64,000 bases of DNA from Octopus sinensis (taxonomy: Eukaryota). A program made the translations under genes and the position numbers. The DNA is taken from assembly GCF_006345805.1 (NCBI RefSeq), contig NC_043006.1:23994001-24058000 (forward strand). Direction: 5' to 3'. Under the pieces are notes generated by a model that did no database searches, was not told the DNA's origin, and was given only the letters and a program-made list of their open reading frames with translations. Of the stretch, positions 40,848 to 52,555 are shown in pieces (the first letter of the stretch is position 1; every line of letters starts with the position of its first letter).

Positions 40848-41588
40848 GTAAGAATTTCAGGAAAACTCTCTCAATTTTTTTTTGTTTCTGAAGAGTGACA
40901 TGAGGATATTAACAAGAATGGATGATAATGACTGTACGAGTATGCTATTGTTGTTGTTTAGCATCCCCGCCTCCCACGAACACTATTGCAAAGTAAGATT
41001 TATGATCAAAGATATACCAGCCATGATCATATTGTCTTTTTTTAGAAAGGATACCTGAGATTACATCACCTAACGTTAGTGTTTAGCCCAAGGTCATCTC
41101 CTGTCAAGCAACCATATGGTCAAAGGTGTTCCAGATAGGATCACAGCATCTTTTCTTTTTTCAGACAGCGGCAATCTAGCAGAAATGTTAGCACGCCGGG
41201 CGAAATGCTTAGCAGTATTTCGTTTGCCGTTACATTCTGAGTTCAAATTCCGCCGAGGTCGACTTTGCCTTTCATCCTTTCGGGGTCGATAAATAAAGTA
41301 CCAGTTATGCACTGGGTCGATATAATCGACTTAATCCATTTGTCTGTCCTTGTTTGTCCTCTCTGTGTTTAGCACCTTGTGGGTAGTAAAGAAATAGGCA
41401 TTTCATCTGCCGTTACGTTCTGAGTTCAAATTCCGCGGAGGTCGACTTTGCCTTTCATCCATTCGGGGTCGATAAATTAAGTACCAATTACGCACTGGGG
41501 TCGATGTAATCGATTTAATTCCTTTGTCTCTCCTTGTTTGTCGCCTCTATGTTTCGCCACTTGAGGGCAATAAAGAAATAAGAATGTA

Positions 41589-41758
41589 ATTACATTATTT
41601 ACATTTGACAGATATTTGTCCTCATCTTGTTTGTTGTTAACACAACATTTCAGCTGATATACCCTCCAGCCTTTATCGGGTGTCTTGGAGCATATGGTGT
41701 AGTGGTTAAGAGTGCAGGCTACTAAACCCAAGATTCCAAGTTCGATTCCAGGCAGTGA

Positions 41759-41806
<48 letters not shown>

Positions 41807-41981
41807 CAACATTGAAAAATACCTTAGGAATGAGAACCCAGATTCAAAATTTCCCCAAGACAACTGATGAAGGCTGGAGAGTATATCAGCCGAAATGTTG
41901 TGTTAACAACAAACAAGATGACAAATATCTATCAAATGTAAATAATGTACATAATTCCTCATCTCTTAAATATAGAACTGT
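41589..41981 (+). mobile_element. tRNA-head/(TAA)n/HHR-tail element, copy 3 (most complete), preceded by an inverted copy of its own tail
   Basis: Head 41688-41760 (TGGTGTAGTGGTTAAG, GTTCGATTCC); (TAA)n; CTGATGA at 41864 with stem GGCTG/CAGCC and GAAA; inverted tail piece 41589-41687; duplication AGAATGTA at 41581-41588 and 41982-41989. Confidence 0.82.
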
Positions 41982-43698
41982 AGAATGTATTTAGAGATAC
42001 ATTATATGATCTGTTTTATCTTCTTTTTTTCCTAAAGGTGTTATTTAACAGCAGTTTCTAGCTGGTCAAAACGTCACATTTTCTATCCTTTATTGGCTTG
42101 TTATTTCTGTTGTTGATGATGTTGTAACTGGTGTTGCCATCTGCACTTTCGTTGACCTATTTTAAAGTATTTTTATAATCAATATTCCTAATAACTGCAA
42201 GGTGACAAGCTGGAAGAATTGTTAGCAAGATACTTAACTATCATTTTGTCCATCTTAATATTCTGGGTTGAAATTCGACCAAGATCAAAGTTACCTTTCA
42301 TCCTTTTGTGGTTGATAAAAATAAGCAAAATTTGGGCACTGTTAATCGAAAAGTTAACTTCTTTAACCATTAATCTGTTAACCAAACAGTTAACTTTGAT
42401 AACCATCAATCAGTTAATTCTTTAAAAATACAACGGAAGTTATCGTAAAATGTTAACATTGATTTTTATTATAGAAAAATTTTTTTAATCAGCTTTGGCT
42501 CTAAAACCACCTTTAAAAAGTGCCAAAACTCTAAAATCTGTTAACTTTAATTGAATTGAGTTAACAGAAGTTAATTATTCCAATAATGATTTCCACAGTT
42601 AACTTAAAAGTTGAATTGTTAACAAAAATGCTAACTTTGTTAATTAACGATCAACGGATTAACGGTTTGGTGCCCAGGTTTGAAAATAAGTTACAGTTGG
42701 GCACTGGGGTAGATATAATCAACTTACCCACAATCCCAAAATTGCTGGCCTTGTGCCAAAATTTGAAGTCAATATTCCTAGTAGTTGTGATTGATTTATT
42801 ATATGCACCAACATCACTTTTGATTCCAAGTTTAAATTCTGCTAAAGTTGAAATTGGTTTTTGGTTTCTTTCATCTCTTATTATAAAAGGCAGATTTTAT
42901 CTGCCTCCCTTTGTATCTCTTATTATAAAAGGCAGATTTTATCTGCCTCCCTTTCTATCTTATAGAAATCTACAATATAGGATTTCTTCAATTACAATTT
43001 ACCTAGCATTTTTAAGAGTAGAATGCATCGGGTCGTGCCAGGTCCACTTTTTAAAATTTCAACCCCAGTTAAGCGAAATTTAGAGAAAACTCACATTGTG
43101 GTGTATGAGTCAAATGCTTCTCTTAGTGTGGGATACAGCACATGCAAACACACACACACAGTGTGCAACGAATAAAGTGAAAGTAATTCACTTTCTGTAG
43201 TGAGTGACTCTTTCACTCTACATTCCCACTTCCACTTTACACACATAGACACGCAAATATATAAATAAAATTGTAAGCTAACGTGTGTGTGTGCGTCTGT
43301 GTGAGTGTGTGTGTGTGTGTGTGCGTGTGTGTGTGAGGATGTGTGTGTGTGTGTGTGTGCGCGTGTGCGTGAGTGTGTGACAGGAAAGTTTTTTACGACG
43401 AATATAAGACCTATATCCAAGTAGCAGAAAGATCGCCCAAAAGTGTATATAGATATTTAAATGTATTTAATAGAAATATTAAAATTACTAAGTCTCTCTA
43501 AAAGAGAACAACGGCAGCGTTTCCGGAAAATAATAGTTATCGCCATACTAATATGGCATTCTTATAAAAATAAGAATAAAGCTGTCCGCTTATTAGCTCC
43601 ATGAGGCCATCGCCTTAAGTTAGCTATTTGATACACAAACTGTATCCATATAACCTTCGAACAAGGGAGGTCAGTCGCTCCACACTACTTGACCGGCA

Positions 43699-43740
43699 GC
43701 TACAGACGCGTTTCGGGGTATTGCCCCTTTTCAATGCAGC
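43699..43740 (-). ncRNA. Minimal type I hammerhead ribozyme, U3-A8 core variant
   Basis: Reverse complement of 44268..44309, core intact. Confidence 0.8.
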
Positions 43741-44267
43741 GTAGCCAGACCAGTAGGTGTCGCTTCTGACAATCTCTGTTCGAAGGTTTTATTTACCTAG
43801 CTTCAGTGGAATACATCCACTTGTTTTCAATAATAGAAATATTAAAATTACTAAGTCTCTCTAAAAGAGAACAATGGCAGCGTTTCCGGAAAATAATAGT
43901 TATCGCCATACTAATATGGCATTCTTATAGAAATAAGAATAAAGCTGTCCGCTTATTAGCTCCATGAGGCCATCGCCTTAAGTTAGCTATTTGATACACA
44001 AACTGTATCCATATAACCTTCGAACAAGGGAGGTCAGTCGCTCCACACTACTTGACCGGACCGCTTTATTCTTATTTTTATAAGAATGCCATATAAGTAT
44101 GGCGATAACTATTATTTTCCGGAAACGCTGCCGTTGTTCTCTTTTAGAGAGACTTAGTAATTTTAATATTTCTATTATTGAAAACAAGTGGATGTATTCC
44201 ACCGAAGCTAGGTAAATAAAACCTTCGAACAGAGATTGTCAGAAGCGACACCTACTGGTCTGGCTAC

Positions 44268-44309
44268 GCTGCATTGAAAAGGGGCAATACCCCGAAACGC
44301 GTCTGTAGC
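44268..44309 (+). ncRNA. Minimal type I hammerhead ribozyme, U3-A8 core variant; predicted cleavage after C44303
   Basis: GCTGCA-TTGAAAA-GGGG caata CCCC-GAAA-CGCG-TC-TGTAGC: 6-bp stem I, 4-bp stem II, palindromic stem III ACGCGT, GUC triplet. Confidence 0.82.
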
Positions 44310-44630
44310 TGCCGGTCAAGTAGTGTGGAGCGACTGACCTCCCTTGTTCGAAGGTTATATGGATACAGTTTGTGTATCAAATAGCTAACTTAAGGCGATG
44401 GCCTCATGGAGCTAATAAGCGGACCGCTTTATTCTTATTTTTATAAGAATGCCATATTAGTATGGCGATAACTATTATTTTCCGGAAACGCTGCCGTTGT
44501 TCTCTTTTAGAGAGACTTAGTAATTTTAATATTTCTATTATTGAAAACAAGTGGATGTATTCCACCGAAGCTAGGAAAATAAAACCTTCGAACAGAGATT
44601 GTCAGAAGCGACACCTACTGGTCTGGCTAC

Positions 44631-44672
44631 GCTGCATTAAAAAGGGGCAATACCCCGAAACGCGTCTGTAGC
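44631..44672 (+). ncRNA. Hammerhead copy with a G5A core mutation (TTAAAAA), core probably inactive
   Basis: Identical to 44268..44309 except TTGAAAA changed to TTAAAAA. Confidence 0.7.
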
Positions 44673-45363
44673 TGCCGGTCAAGTAGTGTGGAGCGACTGA
44701 CCTCCCTTGTTCGAAGGTTATATGGATACAGTTTGTGTATCAAATAGCTAACTTAAGGCGATGGCCTCATGGAGCTAATAAGCGGACAGCTTTATTCTTA
44801 TTTTTATAAGAATGCCATATTAGTATGGCGATAACTATTATTAAATGTATTTATATATTCATCTATACACAGATGTATGTATAATGTGTGTGTATATATT
44901 TCCATAGAGGTAACCTTTCACTCCATACAAAGTTTTTTAGGACGAATATAAGATCTAAAGTTATCTCTAAGAAAAAGAAAGGTCGCCCAAAAGTGTATAT
45001 AGATATTTAAATGTATTTATATATTCATCTATACACACATGTATGTATAATGTGCGTGTATATATTTCCATAGAGGTAACCATTCAATCCATACAAAGTT
45101 TTTTAGGAAGAAAATATTTATATATAAAAGAAAGGTTGTGTGTCTGTCTACTCCGATTTAGATTCCTAACTACTCCCACATTTTGCAATGCAGTTTAACC
45201 AAAACCGGGTATCTTATAGTCGTGATTCATATCGAGCCCTTCTGGGTATTAGCGCGCGTCTACGATGAGTCTATGATTTTACAAATAATTTACCATCATT
45301 TTTTTCCATTTTAATGCATATTTTTTTAAATAAAGGGAAGTAACTCTCAAACTTCACACCAAT

Positions 45364-45860
45364 ATGCATGCTCATATGCGACGTAATATCACATCAGCAG
45401 CATTTCCTCACACCCTCCTTGCACTTGGCGAAGGCAAAATACCAGGGGATGAAAATGGTAATATTGCCATCGATTCCATTTGTACCATTGTTAAGACGCC
45501 TTCTGATCTCAGAGATGCAGTGTTCCCAGATCTACAAGCTAATTATCAGAATATGGATTGGATTGGCAAAAAGGCTATACTGGCCCCGAGGAATAAAACT
45601 GTTCACCATATTAATGATGAAATGCTAAAACTCATTCCTGGGGAAGTCTATGTATATCAGTCTATCGATACAACTCCTGACCCAGAGGACGTCATCAACT
45701 ATCCAATAGAGGTACTCAATTCCTTTGAGCACCCCGGACTACCACCACACTTTCTCAAACTTAAAGTTGGTGCCCCTATAATGCTCATCAGAAATTTGGT
45801 TCCCCCAAAACAATGCAATGGCACACGTTTGATCGTTAAGTCCTTATCGCCCACCGTAAG
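45364..45860 (+). pseudogene. Helitron RepHel Pif1-like helicase fragment
   Basis: AILAPRN..V..IN, YPIEVLNS...GLPPH.LKLKVGAPIMLIRNL...CNGTRLIV. Confidence 0.92.
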
Positions 45861-45982
45861 CTTATATCAATATTTGCCTGAATAATCATCATAATTCAGT
45901 GCAATCATTAACAGTACTTTCAAGCAATTCAGCCCCGAGCAACGCCGGGCAATTCTGCTAGTGGTTAATAAAATATAAGCAG

Positions 45983-46360
45983 AGGTGCAATGGCCCAGGG
46001 GTTAGGGCAGTGGACTCGCAGTCGTAGGATTGTGATTTTGATTCCCAGACCAGGCGTTGTGAGTGTTTATTGAGCATAAACACCTAAAGCTCCACAAGGC
46101 TCTGGCAGGAGGTGGTATTGAACCCTGCTGTACTATTTCACCACAACTTTCTCTCCCTCTTTCGTCATGTTTCTGTTGTACCTGTATTTCAAAGGGCCAG
46201 CCTTGTCACACAGTGTGTCATACTGAATCTCCCCAAGAACTACATTAAGGGCACACGTGTCTTTGGAATGCTCAGCCACTTGCACTTTAATTTCATGAGC
46301 AGGCTGTTCTGTTGATCGGATCAACTGGAACCCTCGTCATCGTAACCAATGGAGTGCTAC
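45983..46360 (+). mobile_element. tRNA-derived SINE, further family
   Basis: GGTGCAATGGCCCAGGGGTTAGGGCAGTGGACTCGCAGTCGTAGGATTGTGATTTTGATTCCC tRNA-like head followed by a non-tRNA body. Confidence 0.6.
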
Positions 46361-46613
46361 GAATAAAATATATACCAGTTCAGCTGGCAGAAATGTTAGC
46401 ACACCAGGCAAAATGCTTAGCGGTATTTGGTCTGCCACTACATTCTGAGTTCAAATCCCGCCAAGGTCAACTTTGCCTTTCATCCTTTCAAGATCGATGA
46501 AATAAGTACCAGTTACGCACTGGGGCTGATGTAATCGACTAATCCCCATCCCCACCAAAAATTTTCGAGGCCTTGTGCCTAGAGTAGAAATGATAATAAT
46601 AATAATAATAATA

Positions 46614-46653
<40 letters not shown>

Positions 46654-47904
46654 CACTGTGTTTTTTTTACGTGGCACAAGCACAGGCCTTGCCAAAACTG
46701 ACCTTGCCTGTGCTTGTGCCATGTAAAAAGCACCAAGTCCACTCTGCTGAGTGGTTGGTGTTAGGAAGTGCAATTATCATCATCGTTGTCGTCGTTTAAC
46801 GTCCGCTTTCCATGCTGGCATGGGTTGACAGTTTGACTGAGGAATTGCAAGCCTAGAGGCTGTGCTATAAAGATCCTGCCAAAACAGTCACCGAAATCTA
46901 GTGCAAGTTTCTGCCTGGCCAGCTCCCGTCAAACCATCCCAGCCATGCCAGCATGGAAGGCAGATGTTAAACAATGATAATGATGATGATATCTTCTTTG
47001 CATTTGGTCCTTTCAAGATTCATAAAATAAGGACCATTGAAGCACAGGGGTTGAGGTAATCACCTCTCCCCTTCCAACAAAATTTCAGACCTTGTGCCTG
47101 TAATAGAAATTATTATCATTATCCTTATTATTATCACTCAATTGATTAATAATTAATAATTAGTTGATTAATTAATAATTAATTAATTGATTAATTAATT
47201 AGTTTATTAATTTATGTATATTTATTACAATTTTACTAAGACAGAAAAATGAAGAGTTTACTGACAGAAATTTAACCACCACATTAGGAAATGTGATAAA
47301 TTAGAGAAATATTTTCAGTGGATTAAATGGAAAGAAATGTGACAAATGAGGTGAAGAAATTTTTGAAAGACATCACCAATTTCAGATGTGGGGAATGACA
47401 ATTTTTGCAAGTCAAAGGGAGATAACTCTGTTGCTAGTTTTGAGTTTATTTGAAATTATTTGAAATTCTTGTCAGACAGACAATATAGTTACCATTACAC
47501 CCGGCACATGCCGTCAGTAGTTACTCAGGGTACGCAGCCGGTGAGTTTTATATAGTAAAACACTGAAAAATAAGCGAAACACAGGCACGTGACTGAGTCG
47601 TAGGTAGATTTACTTCTGCCTTTATAGCACACCAAGAAAACGTTGTACACGCAGCACATGCCCTACAGCAGTTCTATGCATAGCTTAAATACTGAGATTG
47701 AAAGGCGAATTATGCGAATTATGCCTGCCTTATCTACAAAAAAATTTAATATTTTGCATTTAAGCATAGTAATCAGAGTAACCTTCATAATCTTATTGAA
47801 TTAGGTGCATATTTTGCCATGAAAGAAAAATATTGCTATCAATCTATTTTATTCAATGTAGGCATTGTCTACCTTGCCCACACTATTTAGAATGAAATGT
47901 AACA

Positions 47905-48284
47905 GCACCTACCATATTCTGAGCGCCTTGTTTCCCTGGGCATGGATTCACTGAAGCTCCGGCGTCTGGCGATGGACTTGGTAAACACCCACAAAGTTAT
48001 CAACCACCTCACCAACAACAACACTGAACACCTTTTTGATCTCCATGTGTCCAACACACGTGGACATGCCTACAAAGTCAGAAAACAACACAGCTCCCAT
48101 GACTTTCTGAAACATTTTTTCATGCTCAGAGTTGCTGAAGCATGGAATAAACTGCCTGCGTCAGTTGTTGACTCCCATTACACTGCATCCTTTAAGGCCA
48201 TCATGCTTTCCGAAATCCACCGAAACTACACCTGATTATATATACACTTTAGATGAGTTGTAGTGCACCTGAGCACTGTACACA

Positions 48285-48335
<51 letters not shown>
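47905..48335 (+). mobile_element. CR1-clade LINE 3' end with (TTA)n tail
   Basis: LPYSERLVSLGMDSLKLRRL..DL...HK...NTRGH.YK...HFF..RV..AWNKLP.SVV. Confidence 0.88.
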
Positions 48336-48336
<1 letters not shown>

Positions 48337-49458
48337 CTTTTGCAGTTAAACACTGAATATTTTTGAAGCATATTAATATGTTGCAACATTCTAGCATTGA
48401 CAAAATGCAGCTAAAGCGAGAAAAAGGGATGGAGAGATAGAATGGGTGGGTGGGTGAGTTCACAAGAGTGTGAAAACAATATGACAGATGATTACAGAAT
48501 GGGATTTAATATTTAAGGTTCCCACGCCAAGTTTTATTCGGTGAGCTCACTTCAGGGAAAAGACCATGGGGTTGCACTCTTTGAAGATTCAAGGGCCAAC
48601 TCAAAGCAACACCGAAAGCCATTGGAACTGAGCCCAAATTGTTTGAAACACAAGCCCAAGACTACCAAGTGGCAATGTTCCATTACCATTAGGACCAAAA
48701 ACTCCGATACCATCAGAAAAGAAAAAGGAAATCAAATAACAGGCGGGAAAGGCTCAACAAAATCAACTTCATCCTTCAGCAACATTGTCATGCAGTCAAA
48801 GCTATCAACTCTTTTATGCAAAAATTGGTCTACAGCAGAAATTCTTAAACTTTTGGGGCCACTGTCCCCCTCATTGCCACATAATACCCTCAGTGGCCCC
48901 ATTCCTATTTTTGTGTATAAATGAATATTTTACATTTTACTAATTTATATATACTGAGCTTGAGGAACCTGCACAAAGTAGATGTAGGCATTTTAAAATC
49001 AAGGCTGGACCTCTTCCTGTTGAGAGTCCCAGATGAACCTACCTCTCACCAAGAGGTGCAAATGAGGGCAGCTACATCAAACTCCATTCTTCACCAAGTG
49101 CCACATATTGGAGGAGGCTCTCCGTAATGACGGTGTAGCAAAACAGCGGTGCATCAGCATGGCCATGGCCACAGCTCTGAGTTGAAACTATAGTAAAAAA
49201 AAAAATGCTATAATAATATTAAAATTTCATAAGCATCCCCCAAGTTCAGTTCTTGGTTGTTGTAGTAATTTTGTTCACTCTAAACCAGAGGTTCTCAAAC
49301 TTTTTGGGACACTGCCCCCCCCCCCATCATGGCCACATGATACCCTCAGTGTCCCCACCCCAAATTTTATGTATAGATAAATATTTTATATTTTACTAAT
49401 TTATATATACTATGAATCATTTGATATATAATATAATATTATATAATTTGTACACAAT

Positions 49459-49633
49459 ACAGTTCTATATTTAAGAGATGAAGAATTATGCACATTAATT
49501 ACATTATTTACAATTGACAATATTTGTCCTCGTCTTTGTTGCTAACACGTTTCAGCTGGTATACCCTCCACCCTTCATCAGGTATCTTGGGGAAATTTCA
49601 AACCTGGGTTCTCATTCCTATGGTATTTTTCGA

Positions 49634-49677
<44 letters not shown>

Positions 49678-49879
49678 TCACTGCCTGAAATCGAACTCGG
49701 AATCTTGGGGTTAGTAGCCCGCACTCTTAACCACTATGTCATATGCCCACGGGCATATAATATTAATAATAATAATAATAATAATATTAATAATAATATA
49801 ATAATAATAATAATAATAATATAATAATAATATTAATAATAATAATAATAATATAATATAATAATAATAATAATAATAA

Positions 49880-49924
<45 letters not shown>

Positions 49925-50052
49925 TTCGAAAAATAGCTTAAGGATGAGAACCCAGGTTCGAAATTTCCCCAAGACACCTGATGAAGGCTGGAAACGTGTT
50001 AACAACAAACAAGATGAGGACAAATATCCGTCTATTGTAAATGATGTGAATA
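49459..50052 (-). mobile_element. tRNA-head/(TAA)n/HHR-tail element, copy 4, with a long inverted partial copy
   Basis: Complete minus copy about 49459-49748, inverted plus copy about 49751-50050. Flanks TTGTACACAATAC (49448-49460) and TTGTATACAATAC (50053-50065). Confidence 0.8.
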
Positions 50053-50433
50053 TTGTATACAATACTATAATAATATTATAATAAATTCATAGTGTCCCCC
50101 AATTAACTGCCTTCCTCCCAATGCATCCTTTTTCTCTACCCCCCTACACCGCCTCCTTAAACACCAGCAACCACCTGGACCTTCCCAATGCCCACTTTGA
50201 GGACCTGTGCTCTACTGTGTCATCAATGGCATCACCATAAAGAAAATGTTCAACAAAGATGAAAATAATTTCTCAGACATAAAATAAAGCCATCGACGCC
50301 AACATCCCGACACACACACATATATAGATAGGTGGATGGATGGATGGATGGATGGATGGGAATATATTTCTATGTGTAACGCATGAAATATTTATGGTAA
50401 GCCTTAAATGTCATGTTTGCTCCTTTTGGTCAG

Positions 50434-50532
50434 GATGTGATGTGAACAGACAGAACAATAAGGGATACACACCTTTACACCGAGCCGCAAGTAAAGGGAA
50501 CTACAAAGTGGTTAAGTGTCTACTTCGTCATG
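50434..50532 (+). CDS. Ankyrin-repeat protein, coding exon 6
   Basis: ttttggtcAG|GA...CAT G|GTAAGT; GCDVNRQNNKGYTPLHRAASKGNYKVVKCLLRHG, a canonical 33-aa (99-nt) ankyrin exon. Confidence 0.95.
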
Positions 50533-50561
50533 GTAAGTAAATCTTCTTTCAGTCATTTACC

Positions 50562-50613
<52 letters not shown>

Positions 50614-52381
50614 CCTACCTCTCTCTCTCCCTGCATAAATATTCTGTTGTTTTTTTATTCTTTTATTTGTTTCCGTCATTTGACTGCGGCCATGCTGGAT
50701 CACCACCTTTAATCGAACAAATCAACCCCAGGATTTATTATTCTTTGTAAGCCTAGTACTTATTCTGTCAGTCTCTTTTACCAAACCACTAAGTTATGGG
50801 GACACACCAACATCGGCTGTCAAGCAATGGGGACAAACACACACACACACATATACATACATATATATATATATATACTCACACACAACAGGCTTCTTTC
50901 AGTTTCTGTCTACCAAATCCACTCATATTAGAAGATACTTGCCGAAATTGCCATGCAGTGGGACTGAACCTGGAGCCATGTGGTTGGGAAGCAAGCTTCT
51001 TACCACACAGCCACTCCTAAATACCATCAGACGATGACTTAAACACACACACACACATATGATGGGCTTCTTCCAGTTTCCATCTACTGAATCCACTCAC
51101 AAGGCTTTGGTTGGCCTAAAACTATAATAGAAGACACTTGCTCAAGGTACCACGCAGTGGGACTGAACCTGGAACCATGTGATTGGGAAGCATGCTTCTA
51201 ACCACACAGCCACTTCTAAACAGTCATCAGACGATGGTTTAAACACCCCCACCCACCCATCCCACACCCACATATATATCATTGTCATCACTTAACATGA
51301 ATCTTTTATTTCATGCTGGTATGTGTTGGCTGGTTTAACAAAGGTTGACAAGCTGGAACAGTGGTTCCCAGCCTGAGGTCCACAGGACCCTAGTGGTCTG
51401 AAAAAGAAGTACTGGGGGTTTGTGAACTAAATTCAAAATTTTATAACTAAATATGTACATGAGGATAGGCATATTAAAAGGGATCCATGGGGAACTCATT
51501 TCAATAAAAGGGTTAGGAACTGCTGTGAAAAGGTTGAGAACCACTGAGGGAAAGAATTGCACGAAGCGTCAATATATAATATTAATTATAATATGTGCAA
51601 CATCCTAAACACTAGGTGTGGACTGGTGGTTAGAATGTTGTACTCACAATTGCTAGATTGTGGGTTCAATTCTCAGATCGAACAGTGCATTTCACATTGC
51701 ACCAGTCCATTCAGCTGTAAATGGATAACCCTGCGATGGACTGAACTTCCAGTCAGGGAGAATGTTAGATGGGTCACCTGGCCAGCAGGGTGGCGTCACT
51801 CAAAAGCTAAAATGATACAAAGTGCATTGTGACCAGTGATGTATAATGACATCTGATAGTCTGGTTAACCATGTATACATATATGTATGTGTGTATGTAC
51901 GTATGTATGTATGTATGTATATGTATGTATGTATGTGTATGTATGTATGTATGTATGCATGTATGTATGTACGTACATATGTATGTATGTATGCATGCAT
52001 GCATGTTTATATATATTCATTTAGTAATTCATGCATACACATACACAGACATATATATGTGTTTATATACATAAAACACAAACACACTCACACACACATT
52101 TCCCATAAACTCTTTCAAAAAACTCGTTGACTTGCAACACCCTAAGAGATGCTGTTTTTGGCACCAAGGGACACAACTCATAACTCAACCCTTTCTTGGT
52201 TCATTTCATTATTTCCACAGCAACCACAAACCATGTGTGTCTTAGCCAGCTGGAGGAGATGTCTTCCTGGACTATAAAAGTCAGTGACACTCTCACATTT
52301 GGGACGCCACACTTGGTTGGCAATTATATGTTACGATTCCATATTGCTACTGTTTACATCTTGCTCAGAGATTCAATATAG

Positions 52382-52421
<40 letters not shown>

Positions 52422-52520
52422 TAATCCAAACATGAAAACACAAAGAGAAAACACAACAACGCGAGGACGTGGAACAAATATAGTATTATTGGACGCTCAG
52501 GAAGGAAGGGAAGAAGGAGG

Positions 52521-52555
52521 GTTTAACGTTTCGAGCGGAGCTCTTCGTCGGAAAC
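52521..52555 (-). ncRNA. Minimal hammerhead variant (U4C, extra A after A9) in a repeat that starts at (TA)n near 52417
   Basis: Minus strand: GTTT-CCGACGA-A-GAGC tcc GCTC-GAA-ACGT-T-AAAC. Copies near 60955 and 62608 have GAAA mutated to AAAA. Confidence 0.6.

Larger units (their letters stand above)
43470..44840. mobile_element. Retrozyme-like insertion: 363-bp HHR-containing tandem repeat, about 1.6 units minus then about 2.15 units plus
   Basis: Period 363 (43468/43831; 44274/44637); inversion junction near 44057-44059; 13-bp duplication TTAAATGTATTTA at 43457-43469 and 44841-44853. Confidence 0.88.
42874..45961 (+). mobile_element. Composite non-autonomous Helitron containing a helicase remnant and a nested retrozyme-like array
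   Basis: 5' A|TC start (duplicated 42 bp later), 3' hairpin CCCGAGCAACGCCGGG followed by CTAG|T at 45958-45962. Confidence 0.75.

Noticed and set aside
41688-41760. tRNA-like sequences here and at SINE heads
   Set aside because: No complete cloverleaf or acceptor stem, and each continues into a repeat body, so they are not called tRNA genes.
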